64,000 nucleotides of DNA from Candidatus Saccharimonadota bacterium. GTDB taxonomy: Bacteria; Patescibacteriota; Saccharimonadia; Saccharimonadales; Saccharimonadaceae. The stretch spans positions 1,272-65,271 of the forward strand of contig JAFRWP010000002.1 in the NCBI GenBank assembly GCA_017437945.1, in the 5' to 3' direction. The notes below the pieces were generated by a model. It saw only the letters and a list, made by a program, of their open reading frames with translations, was not told where the DNA came from and did not search any database. Below are positions 1 through 8,325 of the stretch, in pieces. The translations under genes and the position numbers were made by a program. How positions within the stretch are numbered: the first letter of the stretch is position 1; the number at the start of each line of letters is the position of its first letter.

Positions 1-12
1 GACGCTACCGCG

Positions 13-915
13 TTGTCGGTTTTCGTTTATTTGATGATCGGTCTTGTTTCGCTCCTCGCTATTGAAAAAGTCCGCAATGAGAAAAACCGCAAAATTAAAA
101 TTCTGTCCTATATTTGCTCTGGCATTGGCCTACTATTCACGATTGGCTATGTTTTGACCTTCATCCCGGTTCCGAAAGTCTCTGAATTGATGGAGCGCGT
201 CTATCGTTTCCGCGAACTCTACAATGTCGAGATTAATGTTAAACTCTTAGCCGGCCTCGCGTCATATGCTTTGGCTGCATTAGCTACCTGCGCCACCATC
301 ATTAACGCCTGGATTCTCGACTGGAAGAATAACAAAAAGCCATTCATCACAATGGCTATTGCCGTATCCTTTGCGGCAGAGTTTATTATGGTGATGTCGC
401 CATACAGTCCGCTCCGCTCCGCATTTTACAGCGTCATGTTTGCCTTGTGCGCAATCGCCGCACTTCTTTATCAATGCATGGAAGCCAAAACTCGCATCTT
501 TCCAATCGCGCTTATCGTTCTTGGCTGCGTCAACTTCTATTTTGCCCTCATGTATGCGCTGTTCTATGTCCTGTATTGCTGCATCCTGAAACCGAAAGAC
601 AAAGACAAATATCGCGTCGACTTGCTAGTCTTCATGATAACGCTCGGCCTTTATGCGCTCGCCAATTATGGCATGATGGTCTACAAATATTACGTCAACA
701 AGCAGATATACGATCAAAACGTCGAACGCATTTTAGAGTTCAAGAATAGCTCGCCGGAGTGCGAAGAAGTCTGCGTCGTGTTCTTGGTTCAGCCAAGATA
801 TGGGGAATATGGTTTTACTGGATTTGCTGGCATTGATTGGATCGAAGAGGCCGTAGTCGATTACTATGAATTGCCAGAAAACGTCGATTTTGAATATGAG
901 GAGGTCACCGAATAA
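13..915 (+). CDS. polytopic integral membrane protein, probably 5'-truncated by the window edge (candidate GT-C-type transferase part; function inferred only)
   Basis: The reading frame is open back to nt 1. The protein has about 8 hydrophobic helices followed by an acidic soluble tail. Its stop overlaps the rfbA start (TAATG at 913-917), so it is the first visible gene of the sugar operon. Confidence 0.5.
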   Translation: MSVFVYLMIGLVSLLAIEKVRNEKNRKIKILSYICSGIGLLFTIGYVLTFIPVPKVSELMERVYRFRELYNVEINVKLLAGLASYALAALATCATIINAWILDWKNNKKPFITMAIAVSFAAEFIMVMSPYSPLRSAFYSVMFALCAIAALLYQCMEAKTRIFPIALIVLGCVNFYFALMYALFYVLYCCILKPKDKDKYRVDLLVFMITLGLYALANYGMMVYKYYVNKQIYDQNVERILEFKNSSPECEEVCVVFLVQPRYGEYGFTGFAGIDWIEEAVVDYYELPENVDFEYEEVTE

Positions 916-1790
916 TGAAAGGTATCATTTTAGCTGGCGGTAAGGGCACCCGTCTATATCCAATTACCAAATCTACATCCAAGCAGCTTTTGCCGATTTA
1001 CGACAAGCCGATGATTTATTATTCGCTTTCGACGCTTTTGCTCGCCGACATTAAAGAAATCCTGATTATCTGCATGCCACGCGATCTCGAAGCATATCAG
1101 AATGTACTTGGGGACGGTAGCCGCTTCGGTATTCGCATTGAATACGCTCTTCAGGAAGAAGCTCGTGGCCTCGCCGACGCTTTCTTGATTGGCGAAAAGT
1201 TCATTGGTAAAGATTCCGTCTGTCTCGCGCTCGGTGACAATATCTTCTACGGCAACGGCATGACCGGCATCCTCGCCGAAGCTAAAAGTATGCTCAAAGG
1301 CGCCGTCATTTTTGGCTATCGCGTTGCCGATCCACGCGAATACGGTGTCGTTGAATTCGACAAAAATCATCATGCCATTTCGCTTGAAGAAAAACCTCAG
1401 AATCCAAAATCTGACTATGCTATTCCGGGTCTATATTTCTACAACAACGACGTCGTTGAAATCGCCAAGCAGGTCAAACCAAGCGCCCGCGGCGAGCTCG
1501 AAATCACTACCGTCAACAATATGTACCTCGAAAGAGATCAGCTCGACGTCAGCATCCTTCCGCGCGGCATTGCCTGGTTAGATACCGGCAACCCAAAGAA
1601 CTTGCTTGAGGCTAGCATGTTCATCCAAACCATTCAGGCCCGCCAGAATCAGTATGTTGGCTGCCCAGAAGAGGTCGCTTATCGTCGTGGCTTCATTACC
1701 GCCGACAAGCTTAAGAAAATCGGCGAAGAACTTCAGAAAACCGACTACGGCAAATATCTTATCAGTATCGCCACGGAGAAAAAGCAATGA
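915..1790 (+). CDS. rfbA: glucose-1-phosphate thymidylyltransferase (RmlA)
   Basis: The N-terminus MKGIILAGGKGTRLYPIT..SKQLLPIYDKPMIYY is the classic RmlA signature. The 291-aa length fits, and a GAGGAGG SD lies upstream. Confidence 0.95.
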   Translation: MKGIILAGGKGTRLYPITKSTSKQLLPIYDKPMIYYSLSTLLLADIKEILIICMPRDLEAYQNVLGDGSRFGIRIEYALQEEARGLADAFLIGEKFIGKDSVCLALGDNIFYGNGMTGILAEAKSMLKGAVIFGYRVADPREYGVVEFDKNHHAISLEEKPQNPKSDYAIPGLYFYNNDVVEIAKQVKPSARGELEITTVNNMYLERDQLDVSILPRGIAWLDTGNPKNLLEASMFIQTIQARQNQYVGCPEEVAYRRGFITADKLKKIGEELQKTDYGKYLISIATEKKQ

Positions 1791-3949
1791 AATATTTAGT
1801 CACGGGTGGCGCCGGTTTCATCGGCTGCAACTATCTTCATTATGTAGTCGAGAAATACCCAGATGATTTCTTTTATTGCCTCGATAGCTTAACTTATGCT
1901 GGTAACTACAACTCCATTGCTGATCTCGAAAAATATCATAACTATCGTTTCATCAAAGGTGATATTCGGGATAAAGATTTTATTGACTCACTATTCGACG
2001 CCGAACGTTTCGACGTGGTAGTAAACTTCGCCGCCGAAAGCCATGTCGATAATTCCATCAAGAATCCTAACATTTTTGCCGAGACGAACATCCTTGGCGT
2101 ATTAAATCTGCTTAACGCCTCGCGCAAAATTCACATCAAACGCTTCCATCAGGTTTCGACTGACGAAGTCTACGGCGATTTATCATACGATGCGCCGGAC
2201 AAATTCTTTACCGAAGACACTCCGCTCCACGCTTCGAGTCCATATTCTGCTTCCAAAGCTAGCGCCGACCTTGAAGTAATGGCTTATGCGCGCACCTTCA
2301 AGCTACCAGTCACTATTTCGCGCTGCTCGAATAACTACGGTCCATACCAGTTCCCAGAAAAGCTCATCCCGGTCATTATTAAAAAAGCTCTTCACGACGA
2401 ACCGGTGCCGGTCTATGGCCAAGGCCTCAACATTCGCGACTGGATTTATGTTAAAGATCACTGCATTGGTGTCGATGAAGTAGTCCGCCACGGCAAAGTT
2501 GGCGAAGTATATAATCTCGGCGGCCGTTCTGAGCGCCACAATATCGACGTCGTAAAAGCCATCTTGAAGCATCTCGGCAAACCAGAATCGCTGATTTCAT
2601 TTGTCGAAGATCGTCCTGGCCATGATTTGCGCTACGCTATTGACTGTACTAAGGCCGAGAAAGAACTTGGCTGGAAGCAGTCTCACGTCTTCGAGGAATG
2701 CCTTGGCGAAACCATCGATTGGTATCTCGCGCATCAAGATTGGCTCGAAAACATCGAGAGCGGGGAATACCGCAATGCCTACCAGCCGAAGAAAATTGCT
2801 ATTATCGGCGCGAACGAATTCCAGAATAAACTCATCGTTAAAGCCCGCGCCAAAGGTTACGAAACTCACGTTTTTGCCTGGGCGGCCGGCGATATCGGCG
2901 AACGCACGGCGGATCATTTTTACCCAATCAGCATCACCGAAAAAGATACCATCCTGCAAAAATGCAAAGAAATCGGCGTCAGCGGTGTTTGCTCTATCGC
3001 CTCGGATTTAGCTTCGATTACGGTCAACTACGTCGCTGACGGGCTCAAACTTCCGGCTAACCCACTTTCCATCACCGACTGGTGCACGAACAAATACCTC
3101 ATGCGCGAGAAACTCCAAGAATCCGGCATCGAGGTCCCGCATTTTGTCAAAATCTCTTCTGAAAAAGATTATTCCAAAGTAAACGAGCTCAAGCTTCCGT
3201 TCATTATTAAGCCGACCGATCGCTCTGGCTCGCGCGGTATTTACAAAATCACAAACAAATCTCAAATTAAATCTGCGCTCGACAGTGCGCGCAGCGAATC
3301 GTTTGAGAAAAGCGCCATCGCCGAAGAATTCATTGAGGGCAATGAATATAGCTGTGAATTTATTTCACAAAACGGCAAACATCATTTCCTCGCGATTACA
3401 AAGAAGTATACTACCGGCGCTCCACATTTCATCGAAACTGGCCACGCCGAACCATCTGATTTGACTGACGAGCAGGCCGTAACGGTACTTAAAACCATCG
3501 AAAAAGCGCTTGACGCTCTTGGCATCCAAAATGGGGCCAGCCACTCTGAGTTCAAAGTCCAGCCAAACGGCAAAATTGGCATCATTGAAATTGGCGCCCG
3601 TATGGGCGGCGACTGCATCGGTTCTGACTTAGTGCGCATTTCGACTGGTTTTGATTTCGTTGGCGCCGTAATTGATGTCGCTACTGGGGCATCTATTGAT
3701 GATGACCTCCAGAAATGCGGCACCAGAAATCTCGCTCTCATCAAATTTCTTTTCAATTCCGACGACATTAACTTGGTTACTAAAGTTATGAAGGAAAACC
3801 CGGACGAAGTATTTTATTGTAGTGAATTCAATACTGGCATCACGGAAGTTACCGACAGTAGCAACCGCCTCGGCTTCGTCATCTTTGATATTGATACTCG
3901 CCAAAAATTTGAAGCCCTAAAGAAGGAGCTATTTAATGAAAACCACTAA
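1787..3949 (+). CDS. rfbB: dTDP-glucose 4,6-dehydratase (RmlB, aa 1-~335) fused to an ATP-grasp ligase domain (aa ~337-720)
   Basis: The N-terminal half has GGAGFIG, SPYSASKASADL (YxxxK) and PGHDLRYAID, all RmlB motifs. The C-terminal half has an ATP-grasp layout (KYLMREKL..PFIIKPTDRSGSRGI..EEFIEGNEYSCEF..IIEIGARMGGD). It is one uninterrupted 720-aa frame, with an ATGA overlap with rfbA. Confidence 0.85.
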   Translation: MKYLVTGGAGFIGCNYLHYVVEKYPDDFFYCLDSLTYAGNYNSIADLEKYHNYRFIKGDIRDKDFIDSLFDAERFDVVVNFAAESHVDNSIKNPNIFAETNILGVLNLLNASRKIHIKRFHQVSTDEVYGDLSYDAPDKFFTEDTPLHASSPYSASKASADLEVMAYARTFKLPVTISRCSNNYGPYQFPEKLIPVIIKKALHDEPVPVYGQGLNIRDWIYVKDHCIGVDEVVRHGKVGEVYNLGGRSERHNIDVVKAILKHLGKPESLISFVEDRPGHDLRYAIDCTKAEKELGWKQSHVFEECLGETIDWYLAHQDWLENIESGEYRNAYQPKKIAIIGANEFQNKLIVKARAKGYETHVFAWAAGDIGERTADHFYPISITEKDTILQKCKEIGVSGVCSIASDLASITVNYVADGLKLPANPLSITDWCTNKYLMREKLQESGIEVPHFVKISSEKDYSKVNELKLPFIIKPTDRSGSRGIYKITNKSQIKSALDSARSESFEKSAIAEEFIEGNEYSCEFISQNGKHHFLAITKKYTTGAPHFIETGHAEPSDLTDEQAVTVLKTIEKALDALGIQNGASHSEFKVQPNGKIGIIEIGARMGGDCIGSDLVRISTGFDFVGAVIDVATGASIDDDLQKCGTRNLALIKFLFNSDDINLVTKVMKENPDEVFYCSEFNTGITEVTDSSNRLGFVIFDIDTRQKFEALKKELFNENH

Positions 3950-4880
3950 AAAAATCTCAGTCGTAATTCCGGTTTACGGCTGTCGTGGCGCTCTGGTTGA
4001 ACTTTGCGAACGCCTTAACAAATCACTCAAAAAAATTACTGATTCTTACGAGATCATCCTCGTCAATGATGGTTGTCCGCAAAACTCTTGGGAGTCAATT
4101 GTCGAAATCTGCAAAGACGACAAGCGCGTCAAAGGCATCGAACTATCACGCAACTTTGGCCAGATGAAGGCCATTCTTGCTGGTCTAGACAATGCCACCG
4201 GTGATTATGTCGTCGTGATGGACTGCGACTTGCAAGATCGCCCAGAAGAAATTGAAAATCTCTACAAAAAGCTCGAAGAGGGATACGATGTAGTTTTTGC
4301 CAAACGTGTTTCGCGCAAGGATAAAAAACGCAAAATCTTCATCGCCAAACTCTTCTATAAGATTTATGGTTTGGCCGCTGGCGTTAAATACGATCCGGAA
4401 CTTTGCAACTTCAGCATTATGCGCCGCAACGTGGTTGATGCTTATTGCAGCATGCGGGAAGAGCATCGCGCTTTCGTAATGTATGTGCAGTGGCTCGGCT
4501 TCAAGCAGGCTACGCTTCCGGTTGAACATTCCGAGCGCAAAGAAGGCAAGAGCTCTTATAGCCTTCGCCGCCGCATCAAGCTCGCCACCGAAATTCTCCT
4601 TTCGCAGTCCGATAAATTCTTGAAGTTTATCGCCATCGCCGGTTTGATTATCAGTCTCCTTTCATTTATTGCCATCATCGCCATCATCATCGTGCATCTC
4701 TTCATTTACCCGCAGCTTTCTGGCTGGGTCAGCACAATCTGCATGATTTGCCTAATGAGTGGTTTGAATATTTTCGTGGTGGGTATCGCCGGTCTTTATA
4801 TCGGCAAAATTTTCATTCAGGTTAAAGAGCGTCCGCTTTATATAATTCGTACAACCCTAAACGAGGAGGAGAAAAAATGA
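3936..4880 (+). CDS. family 2 glycosyltransferase, polyprenyl-phosphate sugar transferase type (ArnC/GtrB/CsbB-like)
   Basis: GT2 motifs are present (ISVVIPVYG, VNDGCPQNSW, DCDLQDRPEE), plus two C-terminal TM helices. An AAGGAG SD precedes the start, and the gene overlaps the upstream gene by 14 nt. Confidence 0.85.
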   Translation: MKTTKKISVVIPVYGCRGALVELCERLNKSLKKITDSYEIILVNDGCPQNSWESIVEICKDDKRVKGIELSRNFGQMKAILAGLDNATGDYVVVMDCDLQDRPEEIENLYKKLEEGYDVVFAKRVSRKDKKRKIFIAKLFYKIYGLAAGVKYDPELCNFSIMRRNVVDAYCSMREEHRAFVMYVQWLGFKQATLPVEHSERKEGKSSYSLRRRIKLATEILLSQSDKFLKFIAIAGLIISLLSFIAIIAIIIVHLFIYPQLSGWVSTICMICLMSGLNIFVVGIAGLYIGKIFIQVKERPLYIIRTTLNEEEKK

Positions 4881-5860
4881 AGAAAATAATTGTATTTGGT
4901 GCAACTGGCAATCTTGGCTCATATTGTATCGACTATCTTCTTGAAAACTTGGACCTCAAAAAATATGAAGTCATCGCAACTGGCCGTCGTTCGCAAAAAG
5001 ATAGCGGCATTACCAAAATTCCATACGTTCAGGTCGACATTACGAATAAAGCCGATTTCGAAAAGCTCCCACAAAAAGATGTTTATGCCGTGATCGATTT
5101 TGCCGGCGCTCTCCCAGCCTATGTCAATTATACCGATGAAGATTACATTAAAATCAACATTAACGGCACACTCAATATCTGTGAATATTGCCGCAAATCT
5201 GGCGCTGATCGTATTGTCTTTACTCAGACTTGGGCCGACCTCAACGGCTACCTCAAAGAGGGTAAACCACTCAAAGCTGATTTGCCGCGCAAGCCAATTC
5301 TAACCGGCGACCATGCGGTCTATTGCATCACCAAATGTGCAGCCGTCGATCTATTAGCTCACTATCGCGCTGAATACGGCATTCGTGATTTCGTTTTCCG
5401 TTTGCCGAACATTTATCTCTACGCTCCAACCAAGTACTACTACGTAAATGGCGAGCAAAAGAAAATTGGCTATCGCTACATGATCGATCGCGCCATCAAA
5501 GGCGAGCCAATTGAATGTTGGGGCGATCCAAAAGCTGGCAAAGATATCGTTTATGTCAAAGACCTTTGCGGCATGATTTTCGCTGCATTATTCGTTGATC
5601 GCGAATCCGGCATCTATAACGTCGGCACCGGTGTTAAGACCAGCATGGAAGACCAAATTAAAGGCTTTATTAAAGTCTTTTCGCCAAAAGGTCATCCATC
5701 CGAGATTGTTTACCGTCCAGAGAAACCAAGTTGCGACCAATTCGTGATGGATATTAGCAACATCAAGAGCGAACTCGGCTACACGCCAAAGTACGATTAT
5801 ATTTCTTACTTGAAAGACTATAAGAAAGAGATGGAAAAAGACCAAAAGGAGGGCAAATGA
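4877..5860 (+). CDS. NAD-dependent epimerase/dehydratase family SDR (nucleotide-sugar modifying)
   Basis: It has a GATGNLGSY Rossmann motif and a YCITK (YxxxK) catalytic motif. The start overlaps the upstream gene as ATGA. Confidence 0.8.
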   Translation: MKKIIVFGATGNLGSYCIDYLLENLDLKKYEVIATGRRSQKDSGITKIPYVQVDITNKADFEKLPQKDVYAVIDFAGALPAYVNYTDEDYIKININGTLNICEYCRKSGADRIVFTQTWADLNGYLKEGKPLKADLPRKPILTGDHAVYCITKCAAVDLLAHYRAEYGIRDFVFRLPNIYLYAPTKYYYVNGEQKKIGYRYMIDRAIKGEPIECWGDPKAGKDIVYVKDLCGMIFAALFVDRESGIYNVGTGVKTSMEDQIKGFIKVFSPKGHPSEIVYRPEKPSCDQFVMDISNIKSELGYTPKYDYISYLKDYKKEMEKDQKEGK

Positions 5861-6993
5861 TTAATTTTACCGAGCCATCGATAACCGATCTCGAGAAAAA
5901 ATACGCACTCGATGCGCTCGAGCATGGTTACCTTTCCGGTGACAAGAAATACACTAAGCTATGTACGGAATGGTTCAACGCCAAAGGTTACAAGAATTTT
6001 CTCTTAACCACTTCTGGCAGCTCCGCGCTCGAACTTGGCGCTTTGCTAACCAAGATTGCGCCGGGCGATGAATTTATCGTACCGTCGTTCACTTTTTCCT
6101 CGACTGCGAACGCCTTCATGCTGCGTGGCGCCAAGCCGATATTTGCCGAAATTGAACCTGGCACCATGAATATCGATGCCGATAAAATTGAAGCGCTCAT
6201 TACCGATAAAACCAAAGCTATCGTACCCGTCGACTACGCTGGTGTTTCTTGCGACATGGATAAAATCATGGTCATTGCCAAGAAACACAATCTCTTCGTC
6301 GTCGAGGATGCCGCCCAGGCCGTTGGTAGCTTTTACAAAGACGAGCCATGTGGTCTGCGTGCCGACATCGCCTGCTTCAGCTTCCACGAAACCAAGAACT
6401 ATTGCATGGGCGAAGGCGGCGCTGTCTACATCAAAGACGACGAGCTGATGACCGAGGCAGAAATTATCCGCGAAAAGGGCACCAATCGCAAACAATTCCT
6501 CAATGGTCTCGTGGATAAATATTCTTGGTATAAAATCGGTTCATCGCTTTTGCCATCCGACTTGCTCGCTGCTGTACTGTACGGGCAACTCGAACGCTTT
6601 GATGAAATCATGGAAAAGCGTCTTCACCTCTGGAATTATTACTATAATTCCTTTGAGAAACTTGAAAAAGCTGGTTGCATCACCCGCCCGACTGTTCCAT
6701 CCTACGCCAAAATTAACGGTCACTTATTCTATATCTTGCTCAGTGACATCGCGGAACGTAACGCTATGCTCGACTACCTCCGCGCCCATGAAGTTGGTGC
6801 TACTTTCCATTACGTACCGCTTCATAGCGCGCCGCTTGGTCTCGAATATGGCTATAAGGAAGGCGATTTGCCGATTACGGAAGAGTACGCTGGTCGTTTA
6901 CTGCGCCTACCATTGCATTTCAATATGACAGACGAAGATGCGGCGACGGTCGTAAAAAAGGTGGAAGAATTCTTCAATGGCAAAAACGACTAA
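5857..6993 (+). CDS. wecE: DegT/DnrJ/EryC1-family PLP aminotransferase, dTDP-4-keto-6-deoxyhexose 4-aminotransferase (WecE type)
   Basis: Similarity to E. coli WecE runs along the whole length as I remember that sequence (PSFTFSSTANAF, KHNLFVVEDAAQ, FSFHETKNY, IREKGTNR, DKYSWYKIGSS, LLRLPLH). Confidence 0.88.
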   Translation: MINFTEPSITDLEKKYALDALEHGYLSGDKKYTKLCTEWFNAKGYKNFLLTTSGSSALELGALLTKIAPGDEFIVPSFTFSSTANAFMLRGAKPIFAEIEPGTMNIDADKIEALITDKTKAIVPVDYAGVSCDMDKIMVIAKKHNLFVVEDAAQAVGSFYKDEPCGLRADIACFSFHETKNYCMGEGGAVYIKDDELMTEAEIIREKGTNRKQFLNGLVDKYSWYKIGSSLLPSDLLAAVLYGQLERFDEIMEKRLHLWNYYYNSFEKLEKAGCITRPTVPSYAKINGHLFYILLSDIAERNAMLDYLRAHEVGATFHYVPLHSAPLGLEYGYKEGDLPITEEYAGRLLRLPLHFNMTDEDAATVVKKVEEFFNGKND

Positions 6994-7426
6994 GACTAAA
7001 TCTAAACCGGCTAAGGCCGAATCGACGCCTGCGCCAGAAAAACCTACTTCGGCCAAAAAGAAACTTTCTGGCTACGTCATTCTCCATATCGCGATCTTCA
7101 TTTTGTCGCTCGCCTCACTCTGTTCTAAGAAAGCCTCGACTTACGACTTTATGTCGTGGGGCTTCGTCCTGTTTTACGGCGGCGTCATTGCGGCACTCTT
7201 CGTGTACGCCATCATCTGGCAACAAGCTCTTAAGCGCATGCCGCTGGTGGTCGCATTCGCCAATAAAGTTGCCACACTCTTTTGGAGTTTGATTTACGGC
7301 GTCCTGCTATTTGGCGAAGGTATTCGTCCGAATATGATCATTGGCATTCTAATCGTTGTTGTTGGCGTCATTCTCGTGGTCAGCAGTGAAGTCGAGAAGA
7401 AGGGGGTAGACGATGGAAAGCGGTAA
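6977..7426 (+). CDS. small multi-TM membrane protein, ArnE/ArnF (SMR/EamA-half)-like flippase subunit candidate, with a Lys-rich N-terminal tail
   Basis: 149 aa. A K/T/P-rich first 35 aa is followed by about 4 TM helices. The gene overlaps wecE by 17 nt and has an AAGGTGGA SD. Confidence 0.6.
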   Translation: MAKTTKTKSKPAKAESTPAPEKPTSAKKKLSGYVILHIAIFILSLASLCSKKASTYDFMSWGFVLFYGGVIAALFVYAIIWQQALKRMPLVVAFANKVATLFWSLIYGVLLFGEGIRPNMIIGILIVVVGVILVVSSEVEKKGVDDGKR

Positions 7427-7763
7427 AGTCATTCTTTATGCCGGCATTTACCTTGTTGGCGTCATTATCTCGGCATTTTCGCAAATCTTGCTCAAAAAAT
7501 CTGCCAATAGCGGCGAGAAATCAATCATCAAGCAATACCTCAACGTGCGCGTCATTTCAGCCTATGCAATGTTCTTTGGCGCCACGCTGCTATCAATTTA
7601 CGCTTACAAAGTTATTCCGATTACCCTCGGCGCCATTTTGGGCACGCTCGAGTATGGTCTTGTGGCTATTCTCGGCCATTTCCTACTCAAAGAAGAACTG
7701 CGCCAAAAGCAAATTCTCGGCCTGATTATCATCATCGCCGGCATCATTTGCTACTCAATCTAA
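7413..7763 (+). CDS. small 4-TM membrane protein, second ArnE/ArnF-like flippase subunit candidate
   Basis: 116 aa with four hydrophobic helices. It overlaps the previous gene by 14 nt and is the last gene before the terminator. Confidence 0.6.
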   Translation: MESGKVILYAGIYLVGVIISAFSQILLKKSANSGEKSIIKQYLNVRVISAYAMFFGATLLSIYAYKVIPITLGAILGTLEYGLVAILGHFLLKEELRQKQILGLIIIIAGIICYSI

Positions 7764-7770
7764 AACCACA

Positions 7771-7799
7771 AAAAATATCCCCGGAAGGGGATATTTTTT
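7771..7799. terminator. bidirectional intrinsic terminator
   Basis: AAAAATATCCCC-GGAA-GGGGATATTTTTT: an 8-bp GC-rich stem with an A-run on one side and a T-run on the other, between convergent transcription units. Confidence 0.85.
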
Positions 7800-7801
7800 A
7801 A

Positions 7802-7909
7802 TTAGCGACCATCTTTTAAGCTGTAGTGTTTGCGCTTTTCGCTGTGCTTGTGATTGTTGTTGCGATTAAGCTTGGCTTTTGCAACAATCTTTTTAATCTT
7901 GCGAGCCAT
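7802..7909 (-). CDS. unlisted 35-aa very basic small ORF (MARKIKKIVAKAKLNRNNNHKHSEKRKHYSLKDGR)
   Basis: Its ATG lies 2 nt after the rpmE2 stop, and its stop lies 2 nt before the terminator hairpin. It is below the ORF-track length cutoff, and I could not assign a family. Confidence 0.4.
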   Translation of the reverse strand: MARKIKKIVAKAKLNRNNNHKHSEKRKHYSLKDGR

Positions 7910-7911
7910 AA

Positions 7912-8241
7912 CTACTTATCTTCCTTTGCGGCCTTCTTGGCAGCTTCTTTCTTTGCTTTGGCAGCTTTGTTGCCGAGCTGAGCTTTGAGAGCAGCAGCTT
8001 TCTTAGCACGAGCCTTGAAGCGGTCAACGCGACCCTCAGTATCGATAATCTTCTCTTCGCCAGTGAAGAATGGGTGAGAAGCACTAGAAATTTGCATCTT
8101 TACGAGTGGGTACTCTTTTCCATCCGTCCACTTGATGGTTTCGTCCGACTTTGCAGTAGAGCGGGTCAAAAAGGAAAACTTAGCCTGCTCATCGGCGAAC
8201 ACTACAAAGCGGTAATCTTTAGGTTGGATTGATGTTTTCAT
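7912..8241 (-). CDS. rpmE2: 50S ribosomal protein L31 type B (no Zn cysteines) with a Lys/Ala-rich C-terminal tail
   Basis: [36 protein letters not shown] matches the L31B pattern. I take the start as the ATG at 8241, because the upstream TTG at 8253 lies inside the TGATATAAT -10 box. Confidence 0.9.
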   Translation of the reverse strand: MKTSIQPKDYRFVVFADEQAKFSFLTRSTAKSDETIKWTDGKEYPLVKMQISSASHPFFTGEEKIIDTEGRVDRFKARAKKAAALKAQLGNKAAKAKKEAAKKAAKEDK

Positions 8242-8325
8242 AATTACAGCCAATTATATCAGATAATTCACCTTAAGTAAAGTGTGCTAAAATAACGGTA
8301 GATAAATAAGGATAAGCATTTTTGT

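Noticed and set aside
8242-8253. A TTG start (MAVIM...) for L31.
   Set aside because: The TTG overlaps the TGATATAAT -10 box on the minus strand. The ATG at 8241 gives the canonical MK..I.P.Y N-terminus.
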